The notes: generated by a model not told the origin, from the sequence alone. DNA of 64,000 nucleotides from Candidatus Aminicenantes bacterium (GCA_963702005.1 OY969696.1:288001-352000); one strand, 5' to 3'. Shown: positions 30,302-40,618, numbered from the stretch's first letter. Numbers and translations: made by a program.

Positions 30302-31648
30302 CTAGTCCGTCTCGCCGGTTTGATATCCATCCGATCCCTTGGCCTTGTCCAGCTGGGCCAAGGATACGACATAGTCGTACTGAGCCTGGGCATAGTTCGT
30401 CCGGGCTTGGGCCAGGGCGACCTGGGCGGAGCTCACGTCGAGGCTGGTGGCCAGCCCTTCGGAAAAATTCAGCTCCGCGATCCGGACGCTCTCTTGAGCC
30501 TGCTCGACGTTCTTTTCTTGGGAGAGGAGCGATTCCTTGGCCTGCTGGAAGTTGAGCAGGGCTTCCTGGACCTCGTACTTGACCATCTCGGCAAGACCTT
30601 TCCGGTTCCACTCGAGCTCCTTGAGGAGGGCCTTGGACTGGCCGACCTGGGCCTGGACCGAGAATCCGTTGAAGATCGGGACGGTCAGGACCAAGTTGAT
30701 GGAATAATAGCTCTGCCAAGTTCCTCTCCGAAAGCTGAACTGGTCGGCCCAGAAGTTGTAGTTCCCCCCGATGGCCAGGATCGGAAGGGCGGAGGCGCGG
30801 GCCATCTTGACCATCTCCCCGGCCATCCGGCTTTGAAATTGGAGTTGAGCGAGCTCGGGCCGGGCCGCCAAGGCCTGGGCTTCGCTCGCCGCGGCGTCGC
30901 ATTCGACGGCCTGGGCGGTGAGCTCCCCGCGGATCTCGACCGATCGAGCCAAGTCCAAGCCGAGCAAAGTTTTCAGGCCGAGCTCGGACGCCCGGAGACC
31001 GTTTCGGGCCCGGATGAGCTGCGGCTTGAGGTTGGCGACCTGGACTTCGGACCGGAGGAGATCGAATTTGGAGGCCATCCCGACATCGTAGAGGTTCTTG
31101 ACGTTGGCGTAGTGCTTGTCGGCCAGGGCGACGGCCTCTTCGGAGACCGCGACGAACTTCGTGGCCAGCAGGTATCCGTAGAAGGCCTTCTTGACGTTGA
31201 AAATGGTGTCCTGCCGGGATTGCTTGACCGCTTCCTGGGCCGCATCCAGGTTATAGCGGGCCTGCTTGAATCCCGACACGAGCCGTCCGCCCGTGAACAG
31301 GGGGAGCGCGAAGGACAGGCTGAACTGGTAATCTTTGGTGAAGTCGACGGAGATGCGCTGGGCCGGCTGTCCGGGGATGAAGGACGGGAACTCGAGGACG
31401 AAGAGTTTCTCATCCAGGGTGTAGAGTCCCTGCCCGTTCAGGGTGGGGAAGAAGCCGGCGGCCGCCTCGTTGACGAGGGACCTGGCCGCCTGGACCTTCT
31501 GCTGGGAGGCCTGATGGAAGGGATTCTGGGCCAAGGCCAGTCGGACGCTGTCCTCGAGGGTGAGGACGAGCGTCTCCTGGGCCGAAACGGCGCCGGCCAG
31601 GCCGGCCAGGAAAACGAGGCAAACCGCGAATCGTGATGGTCTCATCAT
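30302..31648 (-). CDS. TolC family outer-membrane efflux protein
   Basis: Signal peptide, LTLEDSVRLALAQNP, LPLFTGG and VPIFNG repeats. Confidence 0.93.
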   Translation of the reverse strand: MMRPSRFAVCLVFLAGLAGAVSAQETLVLTLEDSVRLALAQNPFHQASQQKVQAARSLVNEAAAGFFPTLNGQGLYTLDEKLFVLEFPSFIPGQPAQRISVDFTKDYQFSLSFALPLFTGGRLVSGFKQARYNLDAAQEAVKQSRQDTIFNVKKAFYGYLLATKFVAVSEEAVALADKHYANVKNLYDVGMASKFDLLRSEVQVANLKPQLIRARNGLRASELGLKTLLGLDLARSVEIRGELTAQAVECDAAASEAQALAARPELAQLQFQSRMAGEMVKMARASALPILAIGGNYNFWADQFSFRRGTWQSYYSINLVLTVPIFNGFSVQAQVGQSKALLKELEWNRKGLAEMVKYEVQEALLNFQQAKESLLSQEKNVEQAQESVRIAELNFSEGLATSLDVSSAQVALAQARTNYAQAQYDYVVSLAQLDKAKGSDGYQTGETD

Positions 31649-32340
31649 CGTGACGCTCCTTTGGGGGGTTCGGGTTTCCTTTCGATCCCGCGCAGGACGA
31701 ACCCGGCGATCGTTTCCGTCAGATCGTCGATCGACAGATCTTTTTCGAACAAGACCCGGTTGTGGATGAACCCCTGGAGGACGGCCTCCAGGAACTGGAC
31801 GGCGGCCGGGACGTCCAGATCGCGGAATTCTCCGCTCTCCACGCCCAGCCCGATGAGCCGAATCCCGGTGTCCATGACGTCCTGGCGCCGGGTTTTCAAC
31901 ATCTGGAGAAAGCGGCGGCCTGAGGCCGATCGGGCCCGGGCTTCTTCGTCGACGAAGACGCGCATGAGCTTGAGGACGGATGGATCCATCAGGATGACCC
32001 GGGCGATGTTCTCGTTCTCCTCCTGATAGGCCAGGACGGCCCGGATCGAGGCCTTGAGCTTGTCGATGGCTCTTCGCCCGGGGCTGTCCAGGATCGCCTG
32101 AAGCCGCTGCTGGATCTCATCGTAGTAGTGGACGATGATCTCGAACAGGAGGTCGCCCTTGCCCTTGAAGTAACGGTAGAGGGTCGCCTTTGAAAGGCGG
32201 GCCGCCTGGGCGACGTCGTCCATGGTCGTCGCCGAGATCCCCTTGCGAAGGATGACGGCCTCGGCGGCATGGATGATGGACCGCTTGAAATCCTCCCGCC
32301 GCTGGAGCTCCCGTTCCGTCCTCGGATCCGTTCTCTTCAT
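31645..32340 (-). CDS. TetR/AcrR family regulator
   Basis: TTMDDVAQAARLSKATLYRYFKGK HTH; first gene of the efflux operon. Confidence 0.94.
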   Translation of the reverse strand: MKRTDPRTERELQRREDFKRSIIHAAEAVILRKGISATTMDDVAQAARLSKATLYRYFKGKGDLLFEIIVHYYDEIQQRLQAILDSPGRRAIDKLKASIRAVLAYQEENENIARVILMDPSVLKLMRVFVDEEARARSASGRRFLQMLKTRRQDVMDTGIRLIGLGVESGEFRDLDVPAAVQFLEAVLQGFIHNRVLFEKDLSIDDLTETIAGFVLRGIERKPEPPKGASR

Positions 32341-32372
32341 CGTCTCATCTCATTAGTCTTATTGCTAAACTT

Positions 32373-32439
32373 ATCAGTTTTGAAACTAAACTGATTGGTA
32401 ATATTCGGCTACGATACCAACCGCCCCCTCGCTTGTCAA
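32373..32439 (-). promoter_or_regulatory. Efflux operon promoter with candidate TetR operator
   Basis: TTGACA (32439-32434)-17 bp-TATCGT (32416-32411); downstream dyad ATCAGTTT-7 bp-AAACTGAT at 32373-32395. Confidence 0.6.
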
Positions 32440-32479
32440 GCCTTCTTTTCCAACGTACAATGGGGCTGGAATTCTCCTC

Positions 32480-33220
32480 ATGATACGGGACGGGGCGAAA
32501 AATGTTTTCCGACCCCTGGTCGGTCTCCTCCCCATCGTCATCCTCCTCGGGGCGGTCCGCGCGGCCTCTTCCCGGCCCTCGGGGCCGATCTGGTGGGACC
32601 TCGAAGTCCAGCTCACGACCGAGGGCAACTACCGGATGGACGAACGTGGATTCAACGCCGACGGATCCTATCGCTTCAGTATCTCTTGGGCGGGGACGAT
32701 GGAGAGGGATGAGGCCGACTTCCGCCTCTATCACGTCCGAAGCGAACTCGTCCGCTGGGAAGCTGAGGAGCGGTCCGCGCGGCCCGGAGGTACCCTCCTC
32801 CTAACGGAAGCCGATTTTTCCGAGAAGCCTTCCTTCGACTTCAACTTCCTGCTCGAGAAAGGCGGGCTTCTCGTCCTCGACTTGGCCACCCAGGGCTTCA
32901 CGGTGCCCGTGGCCGAATCGCCCGAGAAATTTTATCTTCTCCTCCCTTCGTCGGCCGAAAACAATCAGTCGGTGGAAGGCGTCAATTATAACGGCGGGAT
33001 CCTGAAAGGCACCAACCGGGTCGCCGTCCCGGCCGAGTCCATCGTCGACGGCCCCGTCGACAAGAAATTCGCCTGGGACTGGAAGAACGAGCAGTGGCTC
33101 CTCCGCCAGGACCGGACCGTTCATGTCCTCAATCGGCATCAGGCCAGGCTGACCTTGATCATCCGGTCTCATCATGAAGCGCTGCCGGGGCCGGCCTCGA
33201 AGAGCTTGTTCAAGCCCTAG
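32480..33220 (+). CDS. Exported hypothetical protein
   Basis: 246-aa ORF with a signal-peptide-like N-terminus filling the gap between tetR and xerD; host-like codon usage. Confidence 0.7.
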   Translation: MIRDGAKNVFRPLVGLLPIVILLGAVRAASSRPSGPIWWDLEVQLTTEGNYRMDERGFNADGSYRFSISWAGTMERDEADFRLYHVRSELVRWEAEERSARPGGTLLLTEADFSEKPSFDFNFLLEKGGLLVLDLATQGFTVPVAESPEKFYLLLPSSAENNQSVEGVNYNGGILKGTNRVAVPAESIVDGPVDKKFAWDWKNEQWLLRQDRTVHVLNRHQARLTLIIRSHHEALPGPASKSLFKP

Positions 33221-34115
33221 GGTGGAAGCGGTCGTAGAGCCGGCGGATTTTCTCCCGGCTGACATGGGTGTAGATCTGGGTCGTCGTGATCTGGCTGTGG
33301 CCGAGCATCATCTGGACCGACCTCAGGTCGGCTCCCCGCTCCAACAGATGGGTGGCGAAGGAGTGGCGAAAGATGTGGGGCGTGACTTTGGCGAGCAGCC
33401 CGGCCCCGGCCGATACGCGGCGAAGGAGCTTCCAGAATCCCTGCCGGGTGAAGGGTCTCCCGCGCCGGGTCAGGAATAGGACATCCGTCGTCAGCTTCAT
33501 CAGAAGAGGCCGGACTTCGGCTTGATAGCGCTTGACCCAGCTCCGGGCCGACGTCCCGAGCGGGACGAGCCTTTCCTTCCCCCCTTTGCCGCGACAGATC
33601 AGGAAGCCTTCCTCCAGGTTAAGGTCCTGGATCCTGAGCGTCACGAGCTCCGAAACCCTCAGCCCGGAAGCATAAAGAACCTCCAGCATGGCCCGGTCTC
33701 GGACCCCCTGGCGGGTCCGGGTGTCCGGCTCGGCGAGGAGATCCTCGATCTCTTTGACCGTCAGAACATGGGGAAGGGACATCCATAGCGATGGGGTCGA
33801 AAGATGCAGGGTCGGGTTTTTGGGCCTGCGGCCGTCGAGGACGAGAAATCCGAAAAAGGACTTGAGGGACGAGACCAGCCTGGCCAGGGACCGAGCCGAC
33901 AGCCCGCCGCCCCGGCTCTGCTCGTGGATGAAGCGGACGAGGTCGTCTTCGGACAAAGACGTCCAATCCCGGCCCGTTCTCTTCAGGAACGGGACGAGCT
34001 TGGCGAGGTCGCGGCCGTAGGACTGGAGCGTGTTCGCCGCCAAGCCCCTTTCCAAGCTCAGGTAGTTCAGGAAGCGGGCGAGAGCGTCCTCCGACGCCGG
34101 GTCCGGCTGTTTCAT
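33210..34115 (-). CDS. xerD: Site-specific tyrosine recombinase XerD
   Basis: ERGLAANT..SYGRDL, RDRAMLEVLYASGLRVSEL, GKGGKERLVP, TPHIFRHSFATHLL, QMMLGH, TTQIYTHVS, FHPRA. Confidence 0.93.
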   Translation of the reverse strand: MKQPDPASEDALARFLNYLSLERGLAANTLQSYGRDLAKLVPFLKRTGRDWTSLSEDDLVRFIHEQSRGGGLSARSLARLVSSLKSFFGFLVLDGRRPKNPTLHLSTPSLWMSLPHVLTVKEIEDLLAEPDTRTRQGVRDRAMLEVLYASGLRVSELVTLRIQDLNLEEGFLICRGKGGKERLVPLGTSARSWVKRYQAEVRPLLMKLTTDVLFLTRRGRPFTRQGFWKLLRRVSAGAGLLAKVTPHIFRHSFATHLLERGADLRSVQMMLGHSQITTTQIYTHVSREKIRRLYDRFHPRA

Positions 34116-34732
34116 GTCAGAAACGGATTGGAGGCGATCTCCTGGCCGACCGTCGTCACGGGGCCGTGGCCGGGCAGGACGCGCGTCTCGGGGGGAAGGA
34201 CCAGGATTCTCGACTGGATGGACCGCTCCAGGTCCCGGGCCGATCCTCCCGGGAGGTCGGTCCGGCCGACGCCCCCGTTGAAAAGGGTGTCCCCGGAAAG
34301 GAGGAAGCCGTCCCCGAGCAGGCCCACGCTCCCCGGCGAGTGACCGGGCGTATGGAGAACCTCGAGCCGGGATTCGCCGACCCGGATCTCAGCCTTGTCC
34401 TTGAGAAAAAAGTCGGCCGGGGGGGAATCCTTGGCGTTGAGGACGAAGCTCAGCTCAAGTTGGCCGGCCAGCTCGAGCATCGGGCTGTCCAGGGTATGGA
34501 TGGCGAGAGGGATATGGAAGGCGTCCTTGATGTCCCGGTTGGCTCCGATGTGGTCGACGTGGCCGTGCGTGTTGAGAATGAGGACGGGCTTCAGGCCCAG
34601 GTGATGGACGGCGGCGATGATCCGGTCCGGCTCGGCGCCGGGATCGACGATGGCGCACTCGAGGGTGCGGGGACAGGAGACGAGATAGCAGTTTGTCTCC
34701 AACTGCCCGACGATGACCGTCTCGATGTTCAT
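34112..34732 (-). CDS. MBL-fold metallo-hydrolase (glyoxalase II-like)
   Basis: THGHVDH, HTPGHSPG, SGDTLF, PGHG. Confidence 0.94.
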   Translation of the reverse strand: MNIETVIVGQLETNCYLVSCPRTLECAIVDPGAEPDRIIAAVHHLGLKPVLILNTHGHVDHIGANRDIKDAFHIPLAIHTLDSPMLELAGQLELSFVLNAKDSPPADFFLKDKAEIRVGESRLEVLHTPGHSPGSVGLLGDGFLLSGDTLFNGGVGRTDLPGGSARDLERSIQSRILVLPPETRVLPGHGPVTTVGQEIASNPFLT

Positions 34733-34776
34733 CCCTCGTCCCCGCCGGCCTTATCTTAATGCGGATCCCCGAAGGA

Positions 34777-34859
34777 GTCAAACCCTCGACACCCATGCTA
34801 AGCCGTTTCCGGCTTAGCATGAGTACTGCAAGGCGGGGTAGCGTCGGTGAACGGGTCAA
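34777..34859 (-). repeat. Short hairpin element, copy 1, bracketed by TTGAC direct repeats at a -35 box
   Basis: TTGAC-CCGTTCACCGACGCTACCCCGCCTT...CATGCTAAGCCG-GAAA-CGGCTTAGCATG...GAGGGT-TTGAC; ends shared with 46400..46512. Confidence 0.75.
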
Positions 34860-34994
34860 CTTGGCCGGGAATGCATTTATTATGCGATTTCTGGGAGAGG
34901 GTTTTGAAAGCGGATCTGAAGCGACCGTGTGGAGATCAGCTTCCCGAGCCCTATTGTTGAATTTTCGGACACGGACCCCTATAATCGGTGGCGC

Positions 34995-35813
34995 ATGAGC
35001 GAGAAGCCCTGGCAGCTCCAGATCTTGGACAAGTCCCTCAAAAAAAAGGAAAAACTGCGGCTCCTCGAACGGGGTCTCGAGGTCGAGCCGGGGACGACCG
35101 CTCTCGACCTCGGCTGCGCCCAGGGGACGCTGAGTTATTTTCTTCTCAATAAGGGAGGCGTCTGGGTCCACACGGACCAGGACTTCGCCAACCTGATCGC
35201 AGCCCGACGTCTCGTCCCCAAGAACCTGGTCCGGACGGGAACCGGCGTCCTTCCTTTTCGGGATGGCGTCTTCGACCTCGTCGTTTGCCTCGATTACCTG
35301 GAGCACCTCAATGATGACGATCTCTGCTTGGCCGAGATCGGACGGATCTTAAAGGATCGCGGGCGGCTCATCCTGGTGACTCCCCACGCGGGCCGCTTCT
35401 ATCTTCTCCATAAGCTCCGGCCGGCCCTGGGGATGAAGCTCGAGTTCTACGGTCACAAGCGGGAAGGATACGGATTGGCCGATCTCGAATCTCTGCTCGG
35501 GCGGCACGGCTTCCGCATAACCCGGCGCCTGACCTACTCGAAGTTCTTTTCCGAGTTCTTCGAGCTCGTCATCAATGCCGCCTACGTCCAGATCCTCGCC
35601 CGCCGGAAGCGGTCGGGGCTCCGGGACGGCCGCATCAAACCGTCCGACGCCTCCGAATTCGAGACCCAGAGGAGGGCCTTCCGTCTCTACTCCCTGATCT
35701 ATCCCCTCGTCTGGCTCGTCGCCCAGCTCGACCGCCTCCTCTTCTTCATGAAAGGCTACAGCCTCATGGTCTGGGCCGAAAAAGTCGCGGGCCGTTCCCG
35801 CCCGGAATTTTAG
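34995..35813 (+). CDS. Class I SAM-dependent methyltransferase
   Basis: ALDLGCAQG, LPFRDGVFDLVVCLDYLEHL, GHKREGY; start placed at MSEKPW. Confidence 0.88.
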   Translation: MSEKPWQLQILDKSLKKKEKLRLLERGLEVEPGTTALDLGCAQGTLSYFLLNKGGVWVHTDQDFANLIAARRLVPKNLVRTGTGVLPFRDGVFDLVVCLDYLEHLNDDDLCLAEIGRILKDRGRLILVTPHAGRFYLLHKLRPALGMKLEFYGHKREGYGLADLESLLGRHGFRITRRLTYSKFFSEFFELVINAAYVQILARRKRSGLRDGRIKPSDASEFETQRRAFRLYSLIYPLVWLVAQLDRLLFFMKGYSLMVWAEKVAGRSRPEF

Positions 35814-35842
35814 CGGGCGGCCGGATTTGCTATAATCAAATC

Positions 35843-36235
35843 ATGGACGTCATCTTAAGCCGGGAGGCCGAGGTCCTGCTGCGCGCCGGACGTGTTCCCG
35901 GCCGGACTCCTCCCTTGGAGGGGTATCTCCTCGGTCACCGGCGGGGGCCGGTCTATTACATCGAGCGCTTGGTACCGTTCGGCCCGGTCTTTTCCTTGAC
36001 GGAAGGCGAAGGTCGGCGGATCGGCCGGATTTTTAACGGGGCCATCCTCGGCACCTTCACCTTCCGCGCCGGGCAGGCCCGCCGGAGACGGATTCTGCGG
36101 CCGGCTTTCTACGGGACCTTGTTTGGCCAGGCCGGCCGGGGGCGGACCGGGCAGGCCCATCTCGATATGTTCCGCGTCGAATACGACCGGAAGTTCTATC
36201 TCAAGCCTCTGTCCGTTCGGCCCGAGGGGGAATGA
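35843..36235 (+). CDS. Hypothetical protein (possibly degenerate JAB/MPN-like)
   Basis: 130 aa, EGYLLGH...YYIE segment; ATGA overlap with the next gene. Confidence 0.6.
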   Translation: MDVILSREAEVLLRAGRVPGRTPPLEGYLLGHRRGPVYYIERLVPFGPVFSLTEGEGRRIGRIFNGAILGTFTFRAGQARRRRILRPAFYGTLFGQAGRGRTGQAHLDMFRVEYDRKFYLKPLSVRPEGE

Positions 36236-36783
36236 GCATGAGCGAAACAATGGACATCCGCCGGCAGCGTACGCTGCTGGAACTCGCCCGAGCCGCCATC
36301 CGCCGCCACCTCGAGGCGGGAAAAACGAAGGCGGCGATTCCTCCCGATCCGGTCCTCAACGAGCCGCGGGGAGCTTTCGTGACCTTAGAGGTCGACGGCC
36401 AGCTCAGGGGATGCATCGGCTATCCCCTTCCCGTCAAGCCCTTGGCTCAGACCGTTCAAGAAGTGGCCGTCTCGGCCGCTTCCCAGGATTTCCGGTTCGA
36501 GCCCCTTCGTCTTGAAGAGATGGATCGGCTCAGGATCGAAATTTCGGTCCTCAGTCTGCCCCGGCCCGTCCGATCGCCGGAAGAGGTCGAGGTCGGCCGC
36601 CACGGCATCATCATCTCCAAGGGAGCGCGGAGAGGATTGCTTCTTCCCCAAGTCCCCGGGGAGTACGGCTGGGACCGCGAAACCTACCTGCGCCACGGCT
36701 GCCTCAAGGCCGGTCTCCCCGAAAACGAATGGCAAAAGGGGGCGAAGATCGAGGTCTTCACCGCCCAGGTCTTCTCGGAATAG
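36232..36783 (+). CDS. amrA: AmmeMemoRadiSam system protein A (AMMECR1 domain)
   Basis: GAFVTL, LRGCIG, IEISVLS, GLLLPQV, CLKAGL. Confidence 0.92.
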   Translation: MSMSETMDIRRQRTLLELARAAIRRHLEAGKTKAAIPPDPVLNEPRGAFVTLEVDGQLRGCIGYPLPVKPLAQTVQEVAVSAASQDFRFEPLRLEEMDRLRIEISVLSLPRPVRSPEEVEVGRHGIIISKGARRGLLLPQVPGEYGWDRETYLRHGCLKAGLPENEWQKGAKIEVFTAQVFSE

Positions 36784-36789
36784 CGAGAA

Positions 36790-37551
36790 CTATTTCTTCC
36801 TGAACTCTTTGTTCTCGGCCAGCATCTTCTTGGCTTGGGCCTGGAGCTCTTGGGTTTCGGCCTCGTCCTCCGGGGCGGACGTCATGCCGATGAGGTATTC
36901 GAGCTCTTGCCGGGCCTCTTCGACCTTGTCGAGGTCGAGGTAGGTCTCGGCCAAAAACATCCTGGTCGTAGCGTCATTGGGCCCGTACTCCTTAGACTTG
37001 AGGAGATGCTCGAGCGATTTACTATTGCTCCCGCCCGCGAACCCGGGAAGCTTGTAGTAGACCCGGCCCAGGACGCGGTCCGCGCCGCCGGCCTCGTAGC
37101 TCCGGTCGAGCTCGACGACCTTGTTCATTTCGGCCTTGATGGGTTTGACCAGGAACAGGCTCTTGAGAACGCCCTTGGCCTCGCCGTACTTCCCATAGTT
37201 GACGCCGAGCCAGTAGTGCCCGTCCGGCTTCTCGGGTTCGAGGGCGACGGCTTTCTTTGCGTGGTAAATCCCCATCTGGAAAACGGCCTTTTTCTCCTTA
37301 TCGCTGGGGACATGGTCTCCGATCCAGTACTCGGCCTTGGCCATCTTCCAATAGGCCTCATAGTTGTTCTCGCCCTGGAGGAGGGCCTCCTGAAACATGG
37401 CCAGCGCTTCCTTGGCTTTGGCCAAGTCCGCGCGCTGGGCGTAGAGTTCGTCGCCCTGCGCGATCAGACTCTTCGTCCCCGTCTCCTGGGACAGACAGAG
37501 AAGGACGAGGATGAAAACGGCCAGGAATAAAAGAACGATTTTTTTCAGCAT
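36790..37551 (-). CDS. Exported TPR-like protein
   Basis: Signal peptide, helical repeats, GHYWLGVNYG, RVLGRVYYKLPG; AAGGAG RBS before MLKKIV. Confidence 0.8.
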   Translation of the reverse strand: MLKKIVLLFLAVFILVLLCLSQETGTKSLIAQGDELYAQRADLAKAKEALAMFQEALLQGENNYEAYWKMAKAEYWIGDHVPSDKEKKAVFQMGIYHAKKAVALEPEKPDGHYWLGVNYGKYGEAKGVLKSLFLVKPIKAEMNKVVELDRSYEAGGADRVLGRVYYKLPGFAGGSNSKSLEHLLKSKEYGPNDATTRMFLAETYLDLDKVEEARQELEYLIGMTSAPEDEAETQELQAQAKKMLAENKEFRKK

Positions 37552-37614
37552 AAACCACTCCTTTGCGGCCATTTATACCACAACCGCTCCCCGGACACAA
37601 GCGCGGGGGACCGG

Positions 37615-38277
37615 CTAGGGCTTCCGGAAAAACGCGTCCGCTTTTTCATCCAGCTCGACGAGCAGGCGCTCGATACGGACCCGTTCCGTCTCGAAGGCCT
37701 CTCCCCGCAACGAGGGGGAAACCTTGAAAGGTTCCCCGAAGACGGCCACGACCCGGGAGAAGGGGCCAGGCACAACGAACCGATCCCAGCTCGAAAGGAT
37801 TTTTTTTCTCCGGGCCGAGAATGTAACCGGGACGCAGGGGGCGCCCGATTCTTGGGCCAGCCTCAACCCGCCGGCTTTGAGGATCCGGAAGGGCCCGCGC
37901 GGCCCGTCGGGAACCATGACCAGGACCCCTCCCTGGGCGAGTTCGGCCTTCATCTCTTTCCAGGCCCGGACGATGGAATGGGAGCTCGACCCGCGCAGGA
38001 ACTTGTATCCCCATCCGCCGGCGAGTTGGACAAGGACCTCCCCGTCCCGGCTGGGGCTGATCAGGGGAACGATACCGGTGTTCCTGAAGAAATAGGGCGC
38101 GAAGAAGATCCGGCCGTGCCAGATGAGGAGAACGATCGGCTTGCCTTCGGCCCTGAGCCGGTCATAGCCTTCCTTCCCGACGACGGTCACTCTCTCCGAC
38201 CTTGACCAAAGCCAGAGGACGGGCCGGCCGATCGTCTTGATCAATAAACTGCTCAAGGGCCGAGGAAGGCGCATCAA
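37615..38277 (-). CDS. Lysophospholipid acyltransferase family protein (DUF374, LpxJ-like)
   Basis: WHGR, ISPSRDGE, RGSS, PDGPRGP, SWDRF. Confidence 0.9.
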   Translation of the reverse strand: MMRLPRPLSSLLIKTIGRPVLWLWSRSERVTVVGKEGYDRLRAEGKPIVLLIWHGRIFFAPYFFRNTGIVPLISPSRDGEVLVQLAGGWGYKFLRGSSSHSIVRAWKEMKAELAQGGVLVMVPDGPRGPFRILKAGGLRLAQESGAPCVPVTFSARRKKILSSWDRFVVPGPFSRVVAVFGEPFKVSPSLRGEAFETERVRIERLLVELDEKADAFFRKP

Positions 38278-38377
38278 TTTTCATCTTAAGACAAAAGCGT
38301 TGCCTTGGGAAGGGCTCTTTTCAGCAAGTAAGCATTTCTATTAGAGATGATCTCCGGAAGAGGACCTTGAAGGCGGA

Positions 38378-39793
38378 TTAAGAACCACTTCCTTTCACTG
38401 ATTTTCGGGTTCTGGCGCTTTCAAAAGCGGCCCCGAGAGCAAAGCCGGCCGCGCTCAGGCCGAGGCCGACCGGAAGCGTAAACGGCCATGATGGAAGGCC
38501 GGGGGACCAGACGCCCATCTCGGAGAGGAAGCTCGCCAGGGCGAAGCCGCCCCCGAACAACAGACTCAGAAGGCCGGCGGCGGGGAGCCTCCTTCTCAGG
38601 ACGAACATGGCTGCGCCGGGCAGGAACAGGCCCTCGGCCATGATCTCCGAGGCCAGGCCGATCGTCCTTAAGATGCTCGTGAACCTTGTGGCGATCAGGA
38701 ACGCCAGGGCCATCGTCAGGACCGTGGAGATCCGGCTGAAAGCGACGTTCCCCTTCAGGCCGCCCCTTATAACGGGGACAATATCGCGGGCCAGGGTCAG
38801 CGCTCCGGTGTTGACGGCGGCATCGAGCGTCGAGACGATGGCCGCAAGGACGGCCGCGAAGACGAGCGCGGCCAAGACGGGCCCCGCTTTCGTCGAGATG
38901 AGTTCCGACATGACGGATCCTTTTTGGGGGGGAGTTTTCAACACGGGCAAGGAGAACATTCCGACCATGACGACAAGCCCATAAAGGAGGAGAAAGGTCG
39001 GCACGACGGCCAGCAAGCCGGAGCGGCCTTCGCGGACCGTTCGGGCCGCCCGGATCCTCTGCCAGGCGACGGGCGAAATGATCCAGGCCAGGAGGAAAGA
39101 GAGGCAGGTCAGGACGTTCCTCCAGCCTCCCGCCAAGAAGTCGAAATAACCCTTGGCTCCCAACCGGGCCGCCGATTCCGAGACTTCGGAGAGGCCTGCC
39201 CGGCCGGACAGAAAGGCGGCCAGACCGATCATTCCCGCCAGAAGAAGGACGAATTGAACGCTCTCCGTAACGACGACCGAGAAAAACCCGCCCGAGGCCG
39301 CGTACAAGCACACGACGGCGGCCGCGGCGGCCAGGCCAAGGAGATAGGGTATGCTTAAAAAAGTTCCCAGGAACCCGCCGAGAGCCACGAGCTGGGAGGC
39401 GGCGAATACGAGCATGTACCAGAAGATCAAGAAGGACACGATATGCCGGACGGCCCGTCCGTAGCTGGCCTCGGCGAGATCGGGCAGCGTCAGGGCCGGT
39501 ATGCGGGCGGCCTTCCCGGCTAAGAGTATCAGGACGATGATGGTCAGCACGGCCGGCATCCCGACAATCCAGAAGGCGCTGACTCCCCGCCGGCAGGCCT
39601 CGTCCGTGGAGACGAGGATGGAGGTCGCCCCGAACCAGGCCGCGGACAACGAAAGGGTGATGAGCGGCGCCCGGAGTCCGCCGGGGGCGAAGAAAAAATC
39701 ATCGAGCGTCTTCGCCCGCTTTCGAAAGATCAGGTTGACGGCTAGGATGAGCAGGAGAAAGCCGAGGAAAACGAAAAGGAATTCGGCTCGCAT
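38378..39793 (-). CDS. Sodium:solute symporter family protein
   Basis: About 13 TM segments, DDFF, GGFFSVVVTESVQ, WQRI.AA, AAIVSTLD; start uncertain. Confidence 0.88.
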   Translation of the reverse strand: MRAEFLFVFLGFLLLILAVNLIFRKRAKTLDDFFFAPGGLRAPLITLSLSAAWFGATSILVSTDEACRRGVSAFWIVGMPAVLTIIVLILLAGKAARIPALTLPDLAEASYGRAVRHIVSFLIFWYMLVFAASQLVALGGFLGTFLSIPYLLGLAAAAAVVCLYAASGGFFSVVVTESVQFVLLLAGMIGLAAFLSGRAGLSEVSESAARLGAKGYFDFLAGGWRNVLTCLSFLLAWIISPVAWQRIRAARTVREGRSGLLAVVPTFLLLYGLVVMVGMFSLPVLKTPPQKGSVMSELISTKAGPVLAALVFAAVLAAIVSTLDAAVNTGALTLARDIVPVIRGGLKGNVAFSRISTVLTMALAFLIATRFTSILRTIGLASEIMAEGLFLPGAAMFVLRRRLPAAGLLSLLFGGGFALASFLSEMGVWSPGLPSWPFTLPVGLGLSAAGFALGAAFESARTRKSVKGSGS

Positions 39794-39904
39794 CCCAAGT
39801 TTTATACCAGAATAGAGGCTCATCCGCAATCCGAGGCCGGACACTGTTTCCGCCGGCAGGGAGGTAATTTTCGCAATCCCGGGAGTGTGCTATAATTCAT
39901 CAAC

Positions 39905-40609
39905 GTGAAAAAAACGGCTCTCTGGCTGATTTTGGTCTGTTGTTGTCCGCCGCGGACGACCGCCCCGACGGCCGCCGAGGTCGCCGCTCGCCTGGAGGGG
40001 CGCCTGGCCGCCCTTCAAACCCTGCAAGCCAGGTTCAGCCAGGTCTATTACGGCCAGCCGCCGTCGGCCCCTCTGAGAGAAAAGGGCCTTTTCTACTTCC
40101 AGAAACCGTCCCGGATGCGCTGGCGGTACCAGGAGCCGGATCCAAAGGAGTACCTCTACAAGGAAGGGACGTTCTACTCCTATTTCCCCGAGGACAACCA
40201 GCTCATTATCCAAAAGCTCTCAAGGGAATATCACGAGACAGAAATCCTGCTGATCCTGGCCGGCCAGAAGCGCCTCCGTGACGATTATGACCTGGAGCTC
40301 GACCCAGCCGCCGCCTCGGGACGGGAGGCCGCCTGGATCCTCAAGCTCAAACCGAGAGCCGAGGAGGAGGCTTCCTCGGAAATCCTTCTCGAGATCGACG
40401 CGGAGACCTGGCTGATCAGACGGGCGGTCTTCCGCGATTGGGCGGGCAACTCCTCTGAGTTCGTCTTCGAAGATTTAAGGGCCGACCGGCGGCTCGATCC
40501 CGGCTTGTTTGAACTCAAGGTCCCCGACGACTGCGAGGTCATCAGGGAGGAAGCCCCGGCCCTCCCTGAAAAACAAACCAAATCTCCTGCGGTTCGTATA
40601 CCTCAGTGA
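39905..40609 (+). CDS. lolA: Outer-membrane lipoprotein carrier LolA family protein
   Basis: ARFSQ, G.FYFQKPSRMRWRY..P, LFELKVP. Confidence 0.82.
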   Translation: MKKTALWLILVCCCPPRTTAPTAAEVAARLEGRLAALQTLQARFSQVYYGQPPSAPLREKGLFYFQKPSRMRWRYQEPDPKEYLYKEGTFYSYFPEDNQLIIQKLSREYHETEILLILAGQKRLRDDYDLELDPAAASGREAAWILKLKPRAEEEASSEILLEIDAETWLIRRAVFRDWAGNSSEFVFEDLRADRRLDPGLFELKVPDDCEVIREEAPALPEKQTKSPAVRIPQ

Positions 40610-40618
40610 GGACCCGGA

